64,000 nt of DNA from Parasitella parasitica NRRL 2501 (lineage: Eukaryota; Fungi; Mucoromycota), in assembly GCA_025201805.1 (NCBI GenBank), contig MU619380.1, positions 11,884 through 75,883 of the forward strand, written 5' to 3'. The position numbers and the translations under genes are program-made. Below are positions 53,110 to 64,000 of this stretch, in pieces (position 1 is the stretch's first letter; every line of letters begins with the position of its first letter). The notes below the pieces were generated by a model that saw only the letters and a list, made by a program, of their open reading frames with translations, did no database searches and was not told where the DNA came from.

Positions 53110-53655
53110 ATGACCCCAAATAATTACTACCTTCAACTTGGCATTACTGCTGAGGAACTGAGCACATTACAAGAAGCTTTCCGATTATATGATACCAAGC
53201 AAAACGGCTACATTAGTGTTGAGCAATTTTCTCATATCTTGCTAGAGGTTGGTATTGTCAAGCCTGGCAACATTATGCAGGAACTGCAGCAAATTATTAA
53301 ATCTGTTGATACCAACCATGACGAAGTGATTGATTTTGATGAATTCGTGCTAGCCATGTTCCGGTACATGCCACATAATACTTGCCAACAACAACAACAA
53401 ATCAACTATAATACTCAACCGCAACAAGCATTTTCAGAAAAAGATACAACAGACGAAGAACTGCTTGCCTGCTTTCAATTCTTTGACCAAGATCATGATG
53501 GTCGCATCAGCCAAAAAGAGCTTGAGCAAGTAATGATTCGCTTTGACGCACATTTAACACCAAAAGAATTGAAAGAAATGATGACCACAGCTGACATTAA
53601 TAGCGATGGTTTCATTGATTTTGAAGAATTCAAACAATTGTTACCGCCTTTATAG
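53110..53655 (+). CDS. Calmodulin-like EF-hand protein 2
   Basis: Intronless. LQEAFRLYDTKQNGYI, DTNHDEVIDFDE, a Gln-rich linker, DQDHDGRISQKE and DINSDGFIDFEE. Confidence 0.9.
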   Translation: MTPNNYYLQLGITAEELSTLQEAFRLYDTKQNGYISVEQFSHILLEVGIVKPGNIMQELQQIIKSVDTNHDEVIDFDEFVLAMFRYMPHNTCQQQQQINYNTQPQQAFSEKDTTDEELLACFQFFDQDHDGRISQKELEQVMIRFDAHLTPKELKEMMTTADINSDGFIDFEEFKQLLPPL

Positions 53656-54500
53656 AATTTTTCATCTACTATATTTTACGTATACCCTACACTCGCAGTA
53701 TAATAAAAAAAAACCAAGCATATTGTTATGTCTTTTTCTTGGCTTTAGTGATACAGTAATATCTCGTTTGTGAAACTTTCAGTTTACTAGAATAGAGATG
53801 TGCACGTCAAAAATTTCTTTTCTTGGTAAATGGAAATTTACGGATCTTGTTATATACTTTGTTAATTTGAAGCTCTTTCAACCACAAAATGATTAATTGG
53901 TAAATATTTTAAAATCCAGTCGTTTATGTTTATTCTAATGTAATACGATATATGAGGATAGTTTTTTACCGAAATGTTGATCAACTAGATCCAAAACGTC
54001 GATCCCGTTACTGTTCCACACTTCCATGGCAACGGTATCTACTCTGCATGGCAATGCATCCATGACAACAAATAGTCTAAATGTGGCAAAATCTGACTTT
54101 ACTCGATAATGAAAATGAATTTGTATGGTTACCTTTGGAACAATAAAAAGGTTGTACTCTTCATAAACTAATCCAATGATATTTAATATATATAGCGCTT
54201 ATAAGAGAAGCCCCTCTTTATCCCTTATTTTTGCACACATACTCAACATTTTTACATGATAAAGGAGCAAAATCATTATTTTTACTGTTAAAAAAAAAGG
54301 GTTGAATAATAAGCTTGATCTCTGACCTCTTTTTTTCAGAAATGCTTCTTTTTGTTCTTGCTTCAGTATCTTTTTGTATCACCAAAGAATTAAAAAGGAC
54401 CATAATAATTCCATCACTGTACCATCATCGTTTTTTCTTTAGACCTCTTTTCTTTCTTTCCTTTTTTTTTTTAAAAAAAAAAAAAAATACATACTGAATC

Positions 54501-56195
54501 ATGTCCATAAGGAAGCAATCTCCTTATGGTCCGTTTGTAGAGCGAGTTCTACTACCGACGCTTCGAATTGGTTTGCTCTTATTAATTGTTTTAGCTGTAG
54601 GATTTGGCAGTTGGCTAGAAACCAGTGAATCTATCAGTGATTGCTCATTCAAGAGTAGCATGTCGTTTCACCAAGTATATTTGTACCGAAACATCACCAG
54701 CAATCTTACAACGCCAGACTCAGTATCGTTTGGCCTATGGAAAACATGTTATTTCTATGCTTTGAATTGCTCGTGTACGCCTACAAACTTGAGATATCAA
54801 CCCGGTAAGCTCGAATCCTTGAAATCAAGATACCATTGTTTATATGATAAATTAGACGTTTCGACGATCCTTCAGGTTGCGACTGAACATAATGCGATGC
54901 CGCCCCTGACAAAATCAACTTCTTTAAGTAGGATTATCCCACTCATGTTAGGCACCATAATTGGAGGAGCTGCATTTTTCGTTGGACTTTGGGCGAATCG
55001 ACGAGGAAAATATATGTTTAGAAAGATTGTAGTAGCACTGCTTTGCGTCTGCGCTATTTTAATCGCTTATGCCTTTGGATGGACTTATGATCAGTATTTC
55101 AAAATGATTGTAAAGACTTGTAAAGATCGCAATAATACAATTTATTGTGCTCGACATGCAGTCGGAATCGAGGTGGTTATTTTTGCTATAGCCCTTACTC
55201 TCCTCTTTATTGCCTTCATCTTTTGGTTCTTTGCATCAGCATTTTTTACCAAGGAAGAGGATCTGTATGAGCAGGAAGAACCATTCAATCTTTTGTTCTG
55301 GAAGAAGAGATCGTCTGAAATACCAGAATACTTTCCAACAAAAAGGAGAAGGCCGATTCCAAGTGAGAAGCAATTGCAGGATACACCTCCGTACCAATCC
55401 CAAGATGAGTTGGCAGTATGGCATGATGCCAACATGTTTGATGGTAAAGGCATTGAAGACGACGGCTACTGGGAAGCGCATCATGAAGATAAAGAGCACT
55501 ATTACTACGATTCGCCTGTAGAGCAAAAACGTACTTCATCGCCCTTGAGCTCTAACGGAAAGGTATCATTGACGCCTCCTCCGCCTGTTAGCACAAACTA
55601 TTTGAACAGTTCGCCGCGAGTTCATAGGTCGCGTATAGCATCAAATGAATTCAACAATTATCATGGTCGCAAGAGTCGCAAATCATCGGGCTACGACTAT
55701 CACAACAATAACAGTGGAGCATTGTCACAGAAGCACCGACAATCTACTACTACTAGAAAAGAGAGCAATGATTCCAGCTTCACATTTGGAAACAATAAAC
55801 GACAGCATCGTAGAAGATCAAATGGTCGGCCTTTGCCTGAATCGGATCAACAACAACAGCAAAAAGGCTCCATGAAACCAAAAAATAAGACGCCCACTAG
55901 CATGTCGCCCCATCCATTTCAATTTCCAACTAACAACGAAACGACAATGAGAAATTCATTCTGCATGACGCCCTACTACAATGAAGACAATGGTTCCTCT
56001 GGTTCAAGCGGCTCGAGCAATGAATATTTCAATCATGCGAGAAGAACATCCAACCAGTTTCAAGTACCTATTCTAAGCATGCCACCTGCAGCCATTGAAC
56101 ATCCATTAAACAAGAAAATGATTACAGATAAACGTATCCAGAGCTATCTTCAACAACAGCAACAGCTGCAGCAACATTCGAATTCATCCAATTGA
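54501..56195 (+). CDS. SUR7/PalI (claudin-like) four-TM membrane protein with a long disordered C-tail
   Basis: N-terminal TM, loop motif FGLWKTC..C, three further TM helices and a PPY-containing Ser-rich tail. In-frame intron 54805-54855. Confidence 0.65.
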   Translation: MSIRKQSPYGPFVERVLLPTLRIGLLLLIVLAVGFGSWLETSESISDCSFKSSMSFHQVYLYRNITSNLTTPDSVSFGLWKTCYFYALNCSCTPTNLRYQPGKLESLKSRYHCLYDKLDVSTILQVATEHNAMPPLTKSTSLSRIIPLMLGTIIGGAAFFVGLWANRRGKYMFRKIVVALLCVCAILIAYAFGWTYDQYFKMIVKTCKDRNNTIYCARHAVGIEVVIFAIALTLLFIAFIFWFFASAFFTKEEDLYEQEEPFNLLFWKKRSSEIPEYFPTKRRRPIPSEKQLQDTPPYQSQDELAVWHDANMFDGKGIEDDGYWEAHHEDKEHYYYDSPVEQKRTSSPLSSNGKVSLTPPPPVSTNYLNSSPRVHRSRIASNEFNNYHGRKSRKSSGYDYHNNNSGALSQKHRQSTTTRKESNDSSFTFGNNKRQHRRRSNGRPLPESDQQQQQKGSMKPKNKTPTSMSPHPFQFPTNNETTMRNSFCMTPYYNEDNGSSGSSGSSNEYFNHARRTSNQFQVPILSMPPAAIEHPLNKKMITDKRIQSYLQQQQQLQQHSNSSN

Positions 56196-56296
56196 ATATG
56201 ATTAGAAAATGTATTATAACGTCTCCTTGTAGAGAATGTCTCTTTTCGTCTCCTCACCTCTCCTTTTCTCTCTTCTCCACATATTCTCCCCTTTTC

Positions 56297-56363
<67 letters not shown>

Positions 56364-56963
56364 NNNNNNNNNNNNNNNNNNNNNNNNNNNNNNNNNNNNN
56401 NNNNNNNNNNNNNNNNNNNNNNNNNNNNNNNNNNNNNNNNNNNNNNNNNNNNNNNNNNNNNNNNNNNNNNNNNNNNNNNNNNNNNNNNNNNNNNNNNNNN
56501 NNNNNNNNNNNNNNNNNNNNNNNNNNNNNNNNNNNNNNNNNNNNNNNNNNNNNNNNNNNNNNNNNNNNNNNNNNNNNNNNNNNNNNNNNNNNNNNNNNNN
56601 NNNNNNNNNNNNNNNNNNNNNNNNNNNNNNNNNNNNNNNNNNNNNNNNNNNNNNNNNNNNNNNNNNNNNNNNNNNNNNNNNNNNNNNNNNNNNNNNNNNN
56701 NNNNNNNNNNNNNNNNNNNNNNNNNNNNNNNNNNNNNNNNNNNNNNNNNNNNNNNNNNNNNNNNNNNNNNNNNNNNNNNNNNNNNNNNNNNNNNNNNNNN
56801 NNNNNNNNNNNNNNNNNNNNNNNNNNNNNNNNNNNNNNNNNNNNNNNNNNNNNNNNNNNNNNNNNNNNNNNNNNNNNNNNNNNNNNNNNNNNNNNNNNNN
56901 NNNNNNNNNNNNNNNNNNNNNNNNNNNNNNNNNNNNNNNNNNNNNNNNNNNNNNNNNNNNNNN

Positions 56964-57348
56964 TAGTTTTATTTTTCAATATTAATCTCAATCGTCACAT
57001 ATTTGCTCATAACTTTTGCTAAAATGGCCGTAGAACCGAGATCTAACTTGGAAAACTTAGCATTGACTTGGCGCTATCTGGAAACAACATTGGCTTCCAT
57101 GTCTTTACTGATATTTATAAAGTTATCACATGATATCACAAATTCTCATATCAGAATTGCAGATAATCCATCATAGGCTTCGATAAACAGCAAAATAAAC
57201 ACTGTCTTATGCGCCATAAGATCAGGCATGATCATCGCTATCTGAGCATATCTTGGTTTTCATTGGGCGATGTCTCTATCAAAAGTTATCTGCAAAAATA
57301 GTTTTATTTTTCAATATTAATCTCAATCGTCGCACAAATTTGCCAGTG
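56964..57348. repeat. End of a non-autonomous DNA-transposon-like element with an internal direct repeat
   Basis: TAGTTTTATTTTTCAATATTAATCTCAATCGTC occurs at ~56964 and ~57299. The segment ends ...TTTGCCAGTG (reverse complement CACTGGCAAA, a CAC-type terminus). The other end would lie in the gap. Confidence 0.4.
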
Positions 57349-57786
57349 GCAAAATTTTTTGAATTTCGGGGTTTAAATTATTCAAACTCCGCATTTGTAA
57401 AAAGTTATTTCTCAGCTCTTTTTTTTGCGTTTATAATCTTTTTGGATTGAAAGTCTGCTTTGAATTGTGGAGGATGGCGCTTCAAATTGTGGAAGATGGC
57501 ACGAGGGAAAGCAGAGAAAGCAGAGACTAAAAGTTACTGTTTAATTGATGGAAGGAAATTGTCATGAGCCTCTTGAGCCTTCATAAGCCCAAACAATTAT
57601 ACATCTTGATCTAAAAATATATATGACCTCGTTCTTCCCTAATCGATCCACATTGCATTCTTGCCTCTCTAATCCACGCTGTCATTTTTGCGTTGCTGCT
57701 CATTCATATTATACTCTTGACTTATTGATTCACGATATCCTATTCACCCAATTGATCCATATTATAGGAAATATTCTAGTTCACAT

Positions 57787-58046
57787 TGCAATAAAATTGG
57801 GATCAATTTTATGTGAAAATAAAAAAAAAGGTAAAAAAATAAAGCCAGAGAAATACAATTATAGTCTTTCCACCTTCTTTATTTTCGATTAAAAGAAAAC
57901 TGAAGAAAAGGTACATGCTCTTTAAGAGAGCTTGTATTTATACTACTTGTAAAATCGCCTCACTACAATGAGAATGCTTATTTTACAGCTTATTTGAAGA
58001 ATGACTTTTGTTGACATTCTCTCACTTGTATTGTAGTTGAGATTTC
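57787..58046 (+). repeat. Dispersed repeat, copy 1 (copy 2 at 63746-64000)
   Basis: Near-identical sequence TGCAATAAAATTGGGATCAATTTTATG...GTTGAGATTTC in direct orientation about 6 kb apart. Confidence 0.9.
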
Positions 58047-58491
58047 GATATGTTGGTATTGAAATTGATACTATGGTTTTGGGCAGGATTGTCATATTTG
58101 AGGATCCTGATTATCTCTAATGCAACTGAGCTTTCCTTATTGTGTAATAAACAAGCCATTTCTGGCATCTAGAATTATTGCAAGTGTTTTAACAATTGCA
58201 TTGCTTATACATGTTTGGAATTTGTTTATTTGTGATTATGAGTAGCGTTGTTCAACATTAGCATGTGCCAGGGTTGTAAGAGATTGTACTTTGATCAGGA
58301 GTGCAAGCCTCTACCAACACTTGTTAATGTTGTTTACTTGTGCTTTTCATGTATTTCTTTCTTGGATGGATCAGCCATGGTCCATATGCATTTTATTTCA
58401 TTGTAATTTTGGTGCCATATAACAGGTGCCATTTCATTACAATAACCCCCATTTCTTTGTTTATGTATTAGCAAAGAAGGTATTCAACGTA

Positions 58492-60441
58492 CAGTAGGTG
58501 GATTAATGTTCCGGATGTTTTGCAAAATTCGCTAAAACAAGATGTAGATCATGAACAAATTATCCAATCATTACAAAATTAGCGTTATTCAAGAGAGAAA
58601 ATAGTCTTTAATATACTATAAAAAATTTATCTTGATTGGTCAACTGGGATCGAAATAATTTGGAACTAAAATTCATGTGTGCATCCGGACCATTTTTCAG
58701 GGTACTCAAACGTAAATGGAAGCTCAAGGAATCTCATGGATTTCTCTACCAAAACAGTCACAACTAATTAGTCATCAGTACAGAAGATATAAAAACTGTT
58801 TTAGTTTATTTTTGGTCTTTTCTTTCTTTCTTTTTTATATCAAACTCGCATCTCATTGATAATATATAAAATGGTACGCTCTTTGCCTATGGACACTCAA
58901 AATAGTNNNNNNNNNNNNNNNNNNNNNNNNNNNNNNNNNNNNNNNNNNNNNNNNNNNNNNNNNNNNNNNNNNNNNNNNNNNNNNNNNNNNNNNNNNNNNN
59001 NNNNNNNNNNNNNNNNNNNNNNNNNNNNNNNNNNNNNNNNNNNNNNNNNNNNNNNNNNNNNNNNNNNNNNNNNNNNNNNNNNNNNNNNNNNNNNNNNNNN
59101 NNNNNNNNNNNNNNNNNNNNNTTGGTCTTTTCTTTCTTTCTTTTTTATATCAAACTCGCATCTCATTGATAATATATAAAATGGTACGCTCTTTGCCTAT
59201 GGACACTCAAAATAGTATGAAGAATTAATTGCAATCTGGTTATTCTTATTCACAAATTATGAAACGCGTTCCTGGAGTCAAAAGATCAACTATTTCTGAC
59301 TATAAACGTAAGTGATTTCCCAATTTGCAGTCATCGGTGCCTGGTCGACGTCCTATTTTGAAAGAAACATCTCGAAATGCCATTCGTAAAAAGGTAGTTA
59401 TTGGTGAATTTAAGACTGGAAAAGAAGTAAAAACATACTTGAATGATCTTGGAATCAAAATTGGATATTCAGCATGTCTTAAATTACTCAAATCATTGGG
59501 ATTTCAGGCAGCCAAAAAGAAGAAAAAGCCTATGCTGAAGCCTAATCATAGAAAACAAAGACTTGAATGGGCCAAAGCTTATCGCAGCTGGACGAAAGAT
59601 GACTGGAGAAGGATGATTTTTCTCTGATGAAACCAAAATCAACATCTGGGGCTCTGATGGTATCAAGTACTGCTGGAAAAGACCAGATGACAAACTGCAA
59701 TTTCACCACTTAGATCTTACAGTCAAGCACGGTGGTGGTAGCCTCATGATGTGGGGTTGTATAACATACGATGGTCCTGGATACGCTTGTCAAATCTTCG
59801 ATGGCACTATGAAAAAGGAAGACTATATACATATACTGGAAACAGCCATGATGGATACTTTAGATTGGTATGGTTACGTCCCGGAAAAAATCTATTTTCA
59901 GCAAGACAAAGACCCTAAACACACTGCAAAGGTTACTAAACAGTGGTTTGCGGACAATAACTTTAATGTTGATTGGACTTATAGCTGGCCAACTCAAAGC
60001 CCGGACCTAAACCCTATTGAACACGTCTGGCACCATCTAAAATTAAAATTGAGCTCATATCCCACCAAGGCTAGAGGAGTACATGAATTGTGGGAGAGAG
60101 TAGAAGAACAATGGGCTACATTTACCAAAGAAGATTGTCAACGATATATTGATAGCATGTCTGCAAGAATTGAGGCAGTAATCAAAGCTAAAGGTGGTCA
60201 TACTAACAACTAAAGTGATTTTATAAGCACCCTGAAAAATGGTCCGGATGCACACATGAATTTTAACCCCAGATTATTTCAACCTCAGTTGACCAATCAA
60301 AATAAAACTTTTTTCATTTTATTAAATTTCATTTGCTCTCTTTAATGACGTTGATTTCATGTTCATCGGATAACTTGTTCATAATCTACATCTTGTTTTA
60401 GGGAATTTTGCAAAACATCCGGACCATTAATCCACCTACTG
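58492..60441 (+). mobile_element. Tc1-like DNA transposon (DD37E), full length, transposase inactivated
   Basis: TA target duplications at 58490-91 and 60442-43. Termini CAGTAGGTGG...CCACCTACTG with ~210-bp imperfect TIRs. Transposase 59181-60213 carries SDETK, KHGGG..MWGC, QQDKDPKH and SPDLNPIE, with stops at 59226 and 59313 and a +1 frameshift near 59620. Confidence 0.95.
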
Positions 60442-60559
60442 TACCTACTGATTTTTTGTGATGATATTAAGCTATGAAAATTTTGGGATATGCGCAAGGT
60501 TCAATAGCAACATATTTCTGAGCTTGAATTTCAACTATGTATATATATAGGCCGTTAGC

Positions 60560-62210
60560 AGCGTAGCACCTACTTCAATTGAGAAGTAAAACAAGTGCCC
60601 CATAAGCAATCTGCTTATGTCTAAACATGGATTCATAGCCAAGATGCTGTAAAATATGACTCAAAAGCTATTTTTATGTAGCTTTATGTTATGGTTGAAA
60701 TAAATGCCACCTATTCATTACTATCACATTTTTCCCCGCTTAAAAGAATAATCTACAATCTCTGATATCTTTACCAATTATTAAGCGATAGAGACACAAC
60801 CTTCAGCCAAAATCTTCTTTTTTTGCACAATTCTACAACATATTCGAGTTTCATGCATCTCTGATCATTTTTCAGATTTTGCTATGTTTGGACCCCAAAC
60901 CTCATATTCAATTTTCAGTTTTCAACTTTGGGTCGATCTTCAGGGTCATTTTTAGGTACGAATTTGAGGTTCAAACTAAGAATGCAGGCTAATACTAGTA
61001 TGATAACTGTACCTCAAAACGTCCTCCGAATCTAGATATCTATCTTTGTTGTCGAGATATTGCCAAAACTAAATTTTTTTGCCAGATTTCGCAGATTTTT
61101 CAGCATATGTTCCTATGACAAGCACCATATTTTGCAATTAGACCAAGTTTAAGTTCCTAAGTAAAGTAATAAAGCACTTTTTGGTACACCTACTGGTATT
61201 ATGTATGCTGTAATAAGGCTCGAATTCGACAAGCTTGGGCTATTTTTGTCTTTTTACGTTAAAATTTGTTCGTCTGTTTCTCAAAAAATTACTATGACAC
61301 TTTGGCTTGAGTGATTATTAAAACCTTTTTGAAACCTGGTTCTCTACTAGGTTTTTTTATTTTTTAGATAGATATGTTGAAAAAAAATATTTTTCCATAT
61401 GTTTTCAGCAGAGGCTTTACTTATTTTCATAACTTGCAGGGCAATAAATGGTACATAAAGGTACATGAAATAGAAATACACAAATAGAGCTACAACATAG
61501 CTCCCGAAAGGTTTTTGTTTGGTCAAAAAATAAAAAATTTTGAGTGAGAAAATCTCAAAAAACGGAATCGATTTTTACTCTTTTGAAAGGCTTTATTTTG
61601 GCCCTCTAAACATAGGGCCGGAAAATCTTAGACTCATTTTGGTCGAGACAAGATTTTGGTTTTTGTCAGAAAAAAGAAAGCCACAGTTGTGAACAAGATA
61701 TGGATGTGTAGGTATCGGCATGATATTTTGTTTGGTCAACTTTATAGAGCTGGATGTGCTCAAAATATGCTTGATTTTACTCAAAAACTATCAAAAAGGG
61801 CATTTTTTGAATATTTGAAAAATGGTAATAAGAAAAAGTGTTTTTATAGCCTTGTAATCTGTATGGCTGGATGCAGAATTTATTTTTTGTGATAAAACAC
61901 TTACAACGCATATCCTATATACCTATTACGTCCTTGAGATATCTAGCAACAAAGTATGTAAAATTTTTGAGAATCTCGTTTGGGCCAAATGAACACACAA
62001 TGCTGAGATTCAATCTACAGTCTTTTTTTTTGCTTTAAATGAGTGCAACACCTATTTCCAATTGAAGAGCAAGGCATGATTCTAATAGGTACTTTGCGTA
62101 TGTCTCCATGATGTGAATGGGCAGTAGTTGATATACTGCATAATACGGACTCAAAAACCATTTTTATGTACCTTGTTTTTTGGATGAAGTATATACCACC
62201 TGATTTATCA
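60560..62210. repeat. Degenerate AT-rich repetitive (foldback/MITE-like) region
   Basis: Diverged direct repeat GACTCAAAA..ATTTTTATGTA..CCACCT at ~60658-60712 and ~62149-62201, recurrent AGATAT/AAAACT motifs and no credible ORF. Confidence 0.4.
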
Positions 62211-63745
62211 GAATGAGAAATTATTCAAATAAAACGATTGTGAATTAATCAGGTAAAGATCTCGTTTATTACATGGAAAAGATGATGGTATACTGGACGA
62301 CTTCCAAAACTCAATGAATAAATAAAATCGTGAATAAATCTGTTATTCAATTGGGATTGAAAATATTCGGATGTTCAAAAGACGTGAATAACGAGTGAAT
62401 AAAATNNNNNNNNNNTAATACCATCTCAGCTTTCTTAATTCCTTATTGTTTCTCTCTCTTTAATAATAAATCAATTAAATTAAAATAAAAATAGAGGTTA
62501 TTTTTATTCATTAATACAATTTATCAATATAATGATATTAAATTCTCTGAGTTTTGAGCAACAAAAATACTATGAAGCTCTTGGGGTCAAGATAGACAGA
62601 CACAGAAGATTTAATAAAGGTAACTCGAGCTATTAAATCAAAACATATTGGTTTTTTTTTGCATTCAATCGCTATAGAGTACGTTGTATAAAGATCTGGA
62701 AAACATGACCTGAAAAATACAGCCACTTTGTAAGCATCCAGGCAAGAGCAATTGTATGGATGGGCACGTATGGATCTTGTAGACCCATCCAAAAGCATTA
62801 GAAGCAATATAAGCAAAGTCTTTAAGATACCTAATTTAAAAAACAGTTGTAGAGAAATTTATCAAATGTCACCGATTATTCCATACAATAAAAAAAAAAA
62901 GAAAAATCCAATAAAATATCTTGCATAAGAAATTATCTAGTTGATTTAACATAGAAAGAGGCCTTGCTCTGACTATTACTGTATTGTCAATTAAACGTCA
63001 AACATGATCCGATTTTATTAATTAATTAATAAATTGATTTTTGTAAATTTACTCTACATAAACAAACAATCTCTCATCAATCGATAAAGTTCATAGTTTT
63101 GTATCTGCTGGATTTACAGTCTTCGTTACCATACGCAATTGTCTGTTGTGCTCATTTTCAAGACCTGGCACAGCAATGGTGATTGCGTGCCGAAGGCTAT
63201 TGCCTTAGCCAGGAAGGACAGGTTGCCAATAGTGCAAAGGGTAACAAAGTTTGTATGCGACTTGATATGTGATAAAGCTAAGGAAGCGTTGGTAGAGAGA
63301 CTCATGAGATACTTCGTTGAAGTGTAATCGTATACATCATACGCAGATCTGAGAATGAGAGATTGTTCTGTCGAGGTGAGGAAAGGTGGTGTAGTCTACA
63401 GAGATTACAAATCCACAGATGGAAGGCAAGTGCTTGTAAAGCAGATAACCTCGATTTGAGTGTTAATATTAATGTCTCGAGAGCATGGGCGGTAGATCTA
63501 CTCCACGAGTCCAGGTAAACACTTTATTAACTCCTTGTAATTTCTTCTCATACAAGAGACTCGTCCAAGAAGATTTAAGGCAAATGAAGATAAAATTCAT
63601 TAATTAAAAAACGATAGAAGAAGAAAACAAATACCTTTTTGACGATAAAAACGAAGACATATTCGAACAAAGCCTGGACGACTCCGAAGGCGGGATGCCT
63701 AAGAATACCTCCATCTGGAAATTACTACCTTTATTCAATTATATA

Positions 63746-64000
63746 TGCAATAAAATTGGGATCAATTTTATGTGAAAATAAAAATAAAAAAAAATAAAGC
63801 CAGAGAAAATACAATTATAGTCTTTCCACCTTTATTTTCGATTCAAAGAAAAACTGAAGAAAACATATATGATCTTTAAGAGAGCTTGTATTTATACTAC
63901 TTGTAAAATCGCCTCACTACAGTGAGAGTGCTTATTTTACAGCTTATTTGAAGAATGACTTTTGTTGACATTCTCTCACTTGTATTGTAGTTGAGATTTC
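63746..64000 (+). repeat. Dispersed repeat, copy 2 (runs off the window end)
   Basis: Matches 57787-58046 with few substitutions and indels. Confidence 0.9.

Noticed and set aside
10360-53655. A calcium-signalling gene cluster (MscS-EF, CCX, two CaM-like genes)
   Set aside because: The genes are spread over 43 kb among unrelated genes and belong to common families, so chance is sufficient.
58812-59216. Exact 95-bp direct duplication (58812-58906 and 59122-59216) containing the transposase start
   Set aside because: The copies flank an N gap exactly, which is typical of an unmerged contig overlap (assembly artefact).
57787-64000. Direct repeats as the LTRs of a retrotransposon
   Set aside because: No gag, RT or RNase H remnants, PBS or PPT were recognised between the copies.
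1-64000. CRISPR arrays, rRNA, riboswitches and prokaryotic operons
   Set aside because: None seen. The sequence is eukaryotic, and its tandem repeats are simple microsatellites and homopolymers.

Overview
Gene-dense, intron-rich eukaryotic DNA with short (~50-100 nt) introns, several N gaps and long homopolymers. The gene content and architecture fit a Mucorales (Mucor-like) fungus; this is an inference. There are about 18 protein-coding genes: eEF1B-gamma (5' partial), a White collar-1 paralog of the Wc-1b/WcoB type, a cytosolic DPP8/9-like peptidase, an MscS channel with an EF-hand, a class IV chitin synthase, a myo-inositol transporter, a GST, a small orphan ORF, a HutD + M14 deacylase (AstE/AspA) fusion, NAPE-PLD, a cation/Ca2+ exchanger, an AFF/Ebp1-like protein, Mrc1, a RasGEF, an Sls1-like mitochondrial KH protein, two tandem calmodulin-like genes and a SUR7/PalI-like protein. 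Mobile DNA comprises a Helitron helicase relic, an intron-containing CACTA transposase fragment, a full-length but inactivated Tc1-like element with DD37E spacing and ~210-bp TIRs, and several dispersed repeats. The top candidates for novelty are the spliced HutD-deacylase fusion (possible histidine/N-formylglutamate catabolic enzyme) and a hidden terminal exon that gives the WC-1 paralog an atypical CX2C-X21-CX2C finger. All family calls come from motif recognition by eye; no database searches were run.
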